From assembly GCF_031769215.1 (NCBI RefSeq), contig NW_026782379.1, positions 1 to 64,000 of the forward strand: a DNA stretch of 64,000 nt, read 5' to 3'. Source of the stretch: Ylistrum balloti. Taxonomy: Eukaryota. Position numbers and translations under genes: made by a program. The notes under the pieces were generated by a model. That model saw only the letters and a program-made list of their open reading frames with translations, had not been told where the DNA came from and did no database searches. Positions 51,501-63,500 of this stretch are shown in pieces. Each line of letters begins with the position of its first letter. The stretch's first letter is position 1.

Positions 51501-54500
51501 TGATTCACAGCTGAAGGGGTAGTGATTCACAGCTGAAGGGGTAGTTATGTACTTATATAACAGGTCCTTTTACAGGTCATACATACTTGTTATTATATGT
51601 GGTTTGTCAATTGTAGATCGTGTCACAGAAACACCTGAAGAAGATGTTTATCTATGTGAATCAAAATACTTTGAGTTGGAAAAGATGGTGAAGAAACTAG
51701 GAAAGGGTCTGAAGGTATGGAATTATATACAACTATTGTATGAAGTGATATCAGAGTGATAGTTTCAATACAAAATCTTTCATTTTATTGAGCTGTTTAA
51801 TGTTTCATGGGTATGATTTTTTATTATTGATAAATCACAGAATATAAACTGACTAGGTTTATGCATCAAAAAGTCTATGTCTGGTATGAGCCCATCAATA
51901 TGTAATACTCTGCAGTGAAATTGAAATACTATGCAAATCATTTTCCTATAATAAGCCTACCCCTAAATGTATTAAAGAAATAATGTATTGGTCTCCTGGA
52001 CTTATTGCAAGATAAATACGGGTATCTTTTGTAAAATGACTCTTCAGATATTGAAACCAGCCCCCTGCTTTAAAACCCTTTATTTATTTGGGAAAAAAAC
52101 TAAACAAAAAAACCAAGAATTTTGAAAATAATCAGTCTTTATTTGCATTTCAGAAATATGTTTTATCTCCAAAAGTTACTGATGATGAGTTGTACTTCTT
52201 CAGGAAGCCTATTACTCCTCAAAAGGTGGGTGTCACACATCTTCTAAACAAGGCTGATAGCATAGACAGAAGTTTGTGAGAGTAGACATATACTAGAGCA
52301 TGTTTGTAATTAATAGAGTCAAAGTAGTTAGTGTCATTGAATTAACATCAATCAAAATTGTCTAATCTGTTCCTGTAAGTCTTTTAAATGATCCGGCTAG
52401 ATATTTTAAGTATTTTCAATTAGCAACATATATTCAGAGTTGCACGTTCTTGTGTAAATTTGTATGAAAATTATAAACATGAAAAGAAGCAATGTATTCA
52501 ATGTATTGAAACATTTGTTAATATTTTCAACAACATTAACATGATAGATAATAAATAAATACATACTGCTTCAGTATTAACATAACAGAACTTACATCAG
52601 CAATTCAAAACTTAAAATATCTACAAAATACATGGTTTCTGCTTTGGATAAACACATGTTCTCATTTTTGGAAAAAAAACCAAAAATGTCCCATGACTAG
52701 CTGATTAATTTTCCTAGACTGTTGATTGACTGTAAGCTACTTTGTGATTCCTTTTTTATTTGGATCAGAGTAATCACAAGTATCAATTGTCTGTAACTAT
52801 AAAATCCTACCATCAGCAAGGTATATTGTAGACTCTGTTCTGTTTTGCAAGTGGAACACTTTGGTTTTGGAAATATCAATATCAATCCTTAAAATTTTAT
52901 TCAGTGTTCCTTAGAAAAAAAATTATAAAGAAACATACAAACATATGGGCGATTTACAGAAAACAGATTTTAGACATTTCTTTTTGTGGTGTATATCCAT
53001 TATATCAATATGTTTCATTTCTTCTAGTTCTTTGATTGATGTCTCGAAATATATATGTTATGTGTAATCTAAAAAATGATTAAAATGTTGTTTGATAAAA
53101 TATGCACAATTTTCTGAATTAATCCTTCCTTGTAGGAATCTGTGTCTGTTTCCACTTTAGTGATGGGGTCAAAGGTCAGGTGATTTATCTCCCATTTTAC
53201 TATCAACCAGGAATCTGATTGATGGAAATGATATTGTAGCGTTGTAAAGTTGTATGGAGTGGTGTTTGTGTTTTGACCTGGTACCACAATGAATTGTAAT
53301 TGATGTAGTGTATTGAGTCTCAGTGGGTGTTGATAAGTAGAATATTAATATGGAGGCTGAATTGGAATTGACATTTTATGTAGAACACCAATTTTGTCTT
53401 AAGAATAAATCTGTTTCTCTGTAAGACTAGTATAAATAAGCATGTTGTCAGTTACAAAAAAAAATCTTTCCTTTTGTACACTTAAGCAAATATGTAAATA
53501 TCTGCTGATGAAACTAATATTTTATCACAAACATGGGGTCAAATTTAAACTTCATTGGTCCAAAGTTGGTGCAGTTTTGAAATGTTATGGGTTCTTTGTG
53601 TTAGAATAACCATTATGCAATTTAATTAATTTAATAATATTAGCCAATACATACATTTAACTGGTACATGGTTGACAAGTGGTGATGTATGTAGAGAATA
53701 ATAACAATTCTGGTCAGCATTGCATAAGGCTTTTTTTTTATCTCATTTTGGGGGGAAATGTCATGAATTATTCAGAACTAAACTGCCAGTTTTTGTCATT
53801 GGCTTTAATTATATCAAATCATTTTGGTTGGGAATGGGGCCAAGTATCGGTTCCAAAAAATGCTCTGAACAAAAAATTGGATATAGAGAAAATAATTGGT
53901 AAATTCCATATGTTCTGACCTGTGATAGATCTGTACTGTCAATTCAACTGTTTTACAGGTCGTGTCACCTCTACAAAACAACAACAACAACAACGTTCAT
54001 TACGTTCTACCTCATCATCATCTCCACCCCACCCCACGACAACACCTCCATCATCAGGTTATCATCAACTTCACAGCACTAACCCTGCTATCTGTAGGCT
54101 GTCATCGCCCTGTCAGACAATCTAATCCTCCAGCTAACATGCTAAACCATGGCTCCATCTATTGCGCTCACTGACATCTAACACAGCGTCCCATTATATT
54201 GTTTAATGCAAAATCCTGCTGTTATTTCCGAAATTCTGCTGTCTGGTCCTAAATCTAGCTGTATCGTCCATCTGAATGATTTATGTTTCATTTCCTTTTA
54301 TCAGAATGATACAATATCTGCCACATATTGGACATTTTAGAAGAAGTGCTCACTATCTTGTCCTTGTTCAATGCTTCCCATATCTATATTTGGTAATAAG
54401 CAGTACTTTCTTTGTCCCTTTAACAAGGCATTCTTATATTGTCATATCATAATCTTGTCCATTTTTCCTCTGATTCAGAAACCATCTCATTTTTTGCAAT

Positions 54501-57500
54501 CCCCACCTCTAATGTCTAACTTCCATTATATGATTTTCAGTCATTTTCGATGGCATTTCATATACCAGGGTATTGTCCATCAAATACAATGCCCCCATCT
54601 GTTAGCCATCCAATACCCTACCTCCATACTTTGTTGTCTGTCATACATACAAGCTTTCCCATACTGTCCCTGTATTGGCCCTATATGTCTTAACACAGTG
54701 ACTGCCTGGATTATACGCTTATGGCTTCATAATATGTTGCCTTCTGAAGATTATGTTTTTTGCGGCTACAATTGAACATTGTTATGATTAAATGTTAAAT
54801 AGTTTATAAATACTTTAGGAGAAAAATGAGAATACTTTAGGAGAAAAATGAGCTGTTATGATATTTGAATTGGCTGTAAATGTTGTTACTTTTGAGGGTT
54901 TCTTTTTTTCAAGGATGAAATAAGGTCATGGTAAATACATGGTATCTTGAAAAATCATAGATAGTTGAAACCAGAGGCAATTGTTGGCTATTTCCAGACT
55001 TTTGCTGAAAATGCATCCATTTTGCTTCAAGCTTTTTGTAAACATGGGAAAATTTGAGCCATCAAAAACAACTTTTACAGTATGTGAAAGAATAATCCAA
55101 TCTTAATCCCTTGTACTTTTTTTTTAAAGTTTTTGCCCGTTTATATTATGCATGTTGGAATCTATGTTTGCAGTTTGTGTGTTATTGTAATACAATGCTA
55201 AGGTAAAACATAACTCTGATAATGTTTTTACAGAACAAAGTCATTGCATGTAATTTTTGTGTCAACACAGATATTTCGTAAAAACTATTCAACAATTCAG
55301 TCACAACATATAAATTTTATTTAACTTCTGATATAGCTGATATAGGTAGTTTATTTGGTTCTAATGCAGAGATCAATCTAGTATCAGTTACCATATTTGT
55401 TTTTGAATGTCGGTAGTAGCTTATGATGCAGCAGTTTGTCTGTCTGTCTGTCTTTACAGTGTAATGACAATGTCATTTTGATGACTGTATGTACCGAAGC
55501 AAACATTTAGATTTGTGTGGAATCATTTGAATGTTAATTGGAATGATTACTGTTAAAACCATACACAAGATATTAGGTCTGACTGAGTCCGTTGAAATCT
55601 CTGATTGCTTGCTTCTTTACAGGCATTCTCAGTTAACCTTTGATCATCTGCTAACTGCTTGCGTTTTATGACTGGCCAACACGAATCATTTATAAATCCT
55701 CCATTTATAGCATATTGAGAGTCTCAGCCTGATCTGCAAGCTCCCTACATTTGTTGCTTTGCTTCCTGCTGCTTAAGCATAACCAGTTGGTATTGGCAAT
55801 TTTTTCAGGAGCCATCGCCCTTGCTGTTGAAGGTTGTGGATGTGCCCTACTTAGATGGGGATGACTCCCAGGATGGGGACACGGAAACTGCTGATGACAC
55901 GCTCAACGTATCCATGGAGGCAACTCCTGTTCCAGAGAAGCCTCCAAAAAAGGTCAGTCAGGCTTCAGGGTTAGAGGTCATGGTGACAGTTTTATTAATG
56001 GCTGTATAGCAGTTATAACAGTACTGGTAGTTACATTGTGTCACATTCTTGCATAGTATCATACACTGATGTAATATGGAGGTAGACATAGTGCTTCAAG
56101 AGAAAATATCAATATCAGCGTAGCATGCCTTGTGTTCTGTCTGTTTGATGGCTCAATTCAACCAAAATGATGAGTTTTTTAAATGCTCGATGCTCTCATG
56201 TCTACCTCCATTGAAAGATTTGTGTATTGTATGTGTTACACTTCGATCGCTGTTTGATTGAAGGATATGGAAGTCATATCTGTCATCATACAGGACTGTG
56301 GTCAACACACCTTTGTAACACTGGTCAGTACACATGTACCTACACAATATACCAAAGGACATCAGCTATACACATGATCATAAAAAAGAAATTGATGGTT
56401 TTATAATTTATAGTTATTATGAACTCATATCTCATCACTACTGTCTTGTCTCTGGCTTCTGAAATTCTTATATACAATGATGATTGTACCTTAACTGATA
56501 TAGCATGCTACTGTTACATTATACATTAACCAATGTTTTAAAGAATATCGAGAGTGAATATGTACAGAATTCAGCATGTTAATCTTAGTGTGGTAGTATA
56601 AATAAAGTCCTTTGGTATGTTCTGGGTTTGGGATCAGGGTTTTTGTATACTTTATGTTAGATGTAGAATTATCATCAACTGTACACCAGTAGTCTGTATC
56701 ATTTAGATTTATAGTATTCATAACTTATTCTTGTAAATTGTGACATTGAAACTATGATAAAGTTAGTCCTCAAACTACATAGGTGTATATAGATTTGTTT
56801 TGTCATGAAGAGTTTTTCCTGTAACTTACTTAAGTTTTTCTGTGTTTAAGTTATTGCAAAACACAATCTTCAAAGTTATTTCAACATACAAAAATTATCT
56901 TAGGAACTGATTCCTCTAATCTATGGATGTCTATCTCTTTTTTTTTTAGTTTGAAGATTCTCATTCATTATTGTCTATAATTGAAGAAATGTTTTACATA
57001 TTGAAAACAACCAGTGACAGCTTTACCTAATGCTGATAGCCTTTGTCATTTATGTATGACTGTATAACAATAGAAGTAAGCAGGTCATTAACAACAAACA
57101 AGTTATATATATTCATCTAATTATACCAGATAATGTATACTTCAAATGTTTACTAGTTTCATTGCATAAATTTCATTTTATTGAAGATAAATAAGGTTTA
57201 GAAGTCATGGTTATTTATCTTGACAAACACTGTTTCCATAGCAACAGTAACCACCTCCATCTTACACTTTTTAGTTCACACTGGTAACTGTCTGCTTTTT
57301 AGATGTTGTACAATAATTGTAGTACATATGTGTACTTGTTTTTTGCACTTTTATTTTAGACTGAGGATGACCATGGTAAAGAAAAATGCCCCCCGAAAAA
57401 GGTAGATGTTGTTTAGTTAGGCATGGTTGTAAAAATGAAATTCAAAAAATTTTCAAGGAGTTATGCCCCCTTGAGGATTTTTCATCAGTATTTGATGTAC

Positions 57501-60500
57501 ACAATTTATTTCCAGGAGGATTTGGCATCTTGTTGCTATGGTAATGGCTGTTGCAAGAAAAATTATCATCAACTTATTTCATTTTCTTGTACACTTACGT
57601 CAGAAATATTTTACTGGATTGTTTGTAAATATTGATGCCATATTAAATGCAAATGTGCTAGAGATTCCAGTGATGAGTTAGATAAGCAGACAGCCGCCAT
57701 TGTGGCACTGCCATGTCCCTATGTTGTTGTTCATTCCTCGTGTAGTGTACCCTTTTTTGTACTTTATTTTAGAATGAGGATGAGCATCCAAAAGAAAAAG
57801 TTGTCCTGAAAAAGGTAGATTTGTGTAAATAAGTGTAGAAACTGTAGGTGCAGCAATTAACATCACTATAGGTCTCCCTATAAACTTGTGTGCTCTATAT
57901 ATATGTGTGCCCCCACTGAGAAAATGTTCAAGCTAATCACCACTGTCTCTTGTTGCTGGCGGGGTTACTCTGCTTCTCATCAATAGGAACTACTACAGGG
58001 TGCAGATGTTCGTTAAGGCTTGTGCATGGCTAACAACGAGTTGTCAGAGTAGAGGTTTTATTATAACATAGCCGTTATCAATAGCTTTCTGCAGAAAATT
58101 CAGTCAATTTGAATCTTCTTCCTGATAAATACATGTAAATGATTGAAAGGATATTCTGTTTAAAACGTTATGATATGATAACAGTTTTTACTGCCATGTC
58201 TCTGTTTGTCTGACTTTTATAATAGACATACATGTTAGACTTCAGTGGGGCCCATCTGAAACTTACATCCTGCATCCTTCTGTTTTGTGTCAATTAGGCA
58301 TACATGATGCTTTATAGTAGCTATCTAGGTGATATTGATATAAAATGTGCATTCAAATCAACTAGTATACCATGTTTATATATTGACAAGTTATGATTCA
58401 AGACAAGGACCAAACTTTTTGAACTTTCAGAATAAACTTACAGGGGTTTGTTTTCTTATAGTTATTTTATGTATATTGAATTAATGTGACTTGCATGTGA
58501 ATTCTTATAATAGTATAACATACAGTTTTCTGCACCAGTTGTGTTATTTTATGTTCATTCACAAGAAAATTTATGCTGACGCAGTTCTTGTCTTCAACAC
58601 TAATAAGCTGTCTTATTCTGCAGAAGGTAACTCTAGAAACCATTAACATGGTCATATTCTTGAAACTAATTATCTTTTCATACAACTCCTGCATTTTCTC
58701 ATCAACAGAAATATTGTTAAGTAATTTTCCTTGTATCATGATTATCAGAAATATTCTTTGTACATATTACTTTCAAAAATATTCTGTATACCAACGCTTA
58801 AAAGGAGTTTTCAATGATATGTTAGATATTTTGTCGTTTATTATCATTTTGAGTCTTCAAGCCTGTAAGATTTTGCTTTAGATATTTATCAAAGGCTCTA
58901 CACAATTTTAACTGCTCAATAATCTCCTCGTCTTGTTTGACTTTTCTTACTAAGTAACTGCTAATTATAACTTGTGTTTCCTGCAACTCTTCTGTTCTCA
59001 TTTAATCAGTTCCTGGTGTATGGAAATGTATTTGAAAATCTTCAAGTATGAAATTATGCTGCAAATTTAATTGTTTTACTATTTTAGGATTTAATGAAAG
59101 TTTTCTGTTGAAATAAGAACAAATACAAAATTCAAGTTTGTATTTTTTTTCAACCAGAAATCCTATTGAGGGCAGTAACAGGGAAATTGTCAGATCTTTT
59201 AACTTTACAAAAATTGTACTTATTCTGGGTGTATTACTTTAATTTCTTAAAAATTGATCTGAGTTCTTACATATTTAATGATACATAATAGTAAAATGTT
59301 GAAAAATTTATTCCAAACATTGAAAGAACTAACACACATATATACTTGTATAATAGCAAACATACTGTTATTGTTTCATTGTTATGAATTATGTGAATCA
59401 TTTGTGTGGTTCTTTTTTGCAGAATATTAATGTCTGTTGTATTTTCTTTGTTGATAAATTCATGTTTTCTTGCATATTTAGTCCTGATATACATATATAT
59501 ATATATGATATGTATTTTCTTAAAGTCTGCATCACTGTCAAATGTGTCATGTTCCAGCGGTGTGAACACTGGGTTGATGTTGATGATGAACTTTAACATT
59601 TTAGGCTAAGAGCAACATGAAGAGACAAATTAGTGGCTACATAGTATACTCTGGGGAGATCCGCAAACACATTCAACAGGAAAATCCTGACTGTACATTT
59701 GGGGAGATAAGTCGTATAGTGGGACTCAAGGTAACAATGTTGGTGTGACCTCCGCCTCGATGTTGTGGTCTCCAGAGTAGAATATTTGCATGTGCATTGC
59801 ATGACTTTCATATTGTTGCATGCTTTTTGGTAATTTGTAGGAGAAGCCCCGTCGCCACCCAAGTGGTTACATATTGTTTTCCAAAGAAATGCGAAAAGTG
59901 ATCACGCAAGAGGCCCCGTCTACATCTTTTGGAGAAATTAGTCGTTTAGTCGGAGAGAAGGTAATTGAGTCGGAAATATACTGAACAGATTATACCATAC
60001 ATTATTTAGATCTTTTGACTTCAAAATTTCTTCCTCAGTAATTAAGATATTGTAAAAACTGTGCAAAGAAACTTATATTATATCCAAGATATTTAAACGC
60101 TAAGTGTCATCAGACCTTTCTAAAGTAGGTATTTACTAAAGAAGTCAGTTTTTATTTAAAATTGGACACTTTTTTCCTAGAAGAAAATTGTCCACATCAT
60201 TAGATTTTATAGTTTACCCATTTAAAATTAAAAAAAAAAAAAAAAAAAAAGTAGATCCTAACAATTTAGTAAATTGAAGATATGAAATTTTCATGTTAAA
60301 TAGTGCGTGTAGAGTTCCAAATCAGTTAATGTTTCACAGGATTAAGTATAAGGTAACAACATTGTTAATGATTCTGGTATCTTGTCATACCCAGACAATT
60401 ACAGGATCATTCACATTCTGTATGTGTAAACAATGTGGCATTTTATACTTCAGCAATTTTTTATTTGATTTTTAGGGTACATATATATGAATTATTTAGA

Positions 60501-63500
60501 ATATTGAATGAATTTCAGTAGAGTGGTGGAAACTGTTAGATAGTGTTCAGATTAATGATGTTGGACAATACTTGAATGCTCTGCTATTTTTTCTCGCTGT
60601 CTCACATCCTAAGAATGCCCTCTTTATATTTTCTGTCATCAGTCACGCTACAAAACAAGCTTTCGTTTACCTGGTGTTGTGAGTGTATAATCGTTCTTTT
60701 GAATTTCAGAATTAAATAAATTCATTTCTTTCAAAGAGTTTTTGATTTTAGTCCTACATTTGAACTGTTGATTTGCTTGATGATGGTTTTATTCTGGGAG
60801 GTTCCTTTCCATTTTTTTTTTTTTTTTTTTGTGAATGCTTTATATGTATATATAAATAGATTGTTTGATCACTTCACCTAAATGTTGTATGTTGTGGATG
60901 TTGTACCTCACCAAGTATATGTTGTAGCTGACAGAATGAATGTTGTAAAATATTGTAATGTGGCGTCAAACGTTTTATGTTGTTGAATGATTTTGGATCA
61001 TTTATGCATGAAGAGAATTACTTGATGAAATAAGAAAACAGAATGAAGATCCTTATTGATTGATTATGGTACTGGATTGTTCAACATATATTGAATATTG
61101 ATGGAGAACATGCATGCAAGATGAATATCTGTTGTCTTTTACTAATGTAAGGGTTAGAGGTTGTTTGCCTACTTTATTGTAACAAATGCATCTTCTGGTA
61201 AGATATATACTGTCGGTAGGTATACTGTACTTCGTGTTTGATCACCAATTTACACTTAGTAATAATTTAACAAAGGCTACTTTCACCATAAATACAACAC
61301 TGTGCATAATGACTTTCAAAAAATAAAATATGAAGAAATCACTATGAAACTAGCAAGACATTCAGAAGAATGAACTTTGTTAAGGTTATATTACTAGACT
61401 GATCAGCTACCTCTGTTTCCCTGAATACAAGATCACATTATACATGTAAAATGAAAGTAGAAGAATTTTGTACATGTAATATTTAATTGTTACACACTTT
61501 CTGATCAGATTTTTGAATATCTGATAAACAAATTAGAAATAAGTACAAACATGTCTTTATTCAAGTTGTTTTTCCTGAAGAGTAATATTTTATAGAAATC
61601 ATTCTAGTGACTGGATTATGAAGGGGATTTTATAACAGTGATGGTGGTAGAATACTTACACTTGCATGGATAAATCATGGGGGGATGCCATATTAGGATT
61701 AAGGGTTTATCAGTATCAGAGCTTGCCGGTGATTGAAAGCAATGGTACCAGCGCTATATATGGTGAACGGTCATGCTCTGTTGGCCGTAACATATTTACT
61801 ACTGGTAGTATAGTGGCTTATCTAGATACCTCTATCTGCATGCCAGTTAAATTGCATGTATTTATGCATTTCGGATAACTTTATATAATGTTTTGTTGTC
61901 AAAATTTTTGAATCTTTTGACTTCATGCAGTTGATATATTTCTGCAACTTTTTTTCTTTTGAAAAATGACAGTCTTAAGATTACATGAATAAATTCCCTT
62001 TTCAAATAGTGAAGCATGTTGACGTTTTGTGTTCTATTTTTATCTGTCAGCATGAACAATATTTGATGGCTCACATCATCAGTCTGGCATTAGTATTCAA
62101 GAAAGATGATTAGAATGGATAACAAAACAAGTTCATAATGTATCAACTTGATATTTGCAGACCATCATGATAAAATGTCTGGTAAATCTTTTTATTTGAT
62201 AGGTGATGTTTGAATAGGTTTTGGCATGTTTGGAAAGAAAGTCAGAATTGTTTTTTCTTATTATTATTTATTTTTCTAAACTTAATACAGTTTATATTAG
62301 TCTTTCATTATACATGAAGTTGTTTTGATATTTAGTAAATGATGTCGAATTTTGATGTTGTTTGGTATTCCTTTAGTGGAGGAATTTATCAAAAGAGGAA
62401 AAAGAAAAATATGAGGAAAAAGCAAAGAAAGTAGCAGAAGAGCAACAAGCAAAACAGCAAGAAGCAGAACGAGCCTTCAATGAATCTCTAAATCGCTCTC
62501 AGAGTCCCTGGGATGGGGGACGGGCTTCACCAGGATCTTCAAGTCGACCTATCACTCCAGGAGGTAAGTAGCATGTCCCTGGAACAAGGGATGATCTTCA
62601 GACTCGTCAATGTATCACCCAGAAGGTAGGTCACAGCTCTTTGTGTTTAATGCAGATGTCTCTCAGGTGCAGAATACATTTTAGTTGATAGATCACTAAG
62701 ATAACTTCCCTTGTATAACTTCTGCGGTGTTGGACTGTCAAGATTGCCCGGAGTCTTTTCATCATCTATCTGTAACAAGGTACCAAAGTTGATGTACTTT
62801 GTTTCTATAGTACCAGAGCTGCTGCAGCATTAGCCTCTTTCTGTACAGGACTAGTTAATGTTGAGTCCCTTCACCATAGTTAAAAGAACTGTGGATTATC
62901 ACTGTACCAGGTAGATTCAACCATGTAACCTGGTGTCAAAGTGTGGAGCACAGAATTGTTGGGTCACCAAGGGAGCACTTCTGACCTGATATATAGCTAC
63001 CTAGCTGGTGGTGGTATGCTTCAGTTCAAATTATATTTTTCTTTGCATAACTTATTTATACTTAAGTAGCTGGTGATGGTAACATATACAGAGTAGCTTC
63101 CCCTTATCCTATGATTTTTTTTTTTTTTTGTCATTTTTTTTTTTCTTTTTGTTACATGTACAATGTACTTTGTATTTTGTTGTTAGTTTGCACTCTGCTT
63201 TTAGATTTAATTATTGTAGCAGAGCTTTTCACTTTACATTCTTTAAAATCAATATTTCATTTGTCTTATGTTACATTATTTTAGCCCAGTGATAACCTTC
63301 TTTCACTCTGATGCTCTCATGGCTGAATGTTAAATTTTGCTGTACTATGTGCTTGAAATTAATTCATCTTTAATTTATTGCTTTGGTAAATCTCCCAAAT
63401 AGTTTGTTTTGTTGTGAAGAATAAGTACCTACCAATAGGTTATTTAGATCTCCAACATAAAATAATGGACTCAAAGAATAAATTTCATTAATTACAAGAA

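Noticed and set aside
54371-54775. 134-aa plus-strand ORF
   Set aside because: No recognisable homology; its length is explained by the G-poor composition, which lowers stop-codon frequency.
60524-60682. Alternative HMG helix III or terminal exon starting WWKLL
   Set aside because: Poor pyrimidine tract, no conserved helix III residues after the first Trp, and a hydrophobic intron-like translation.
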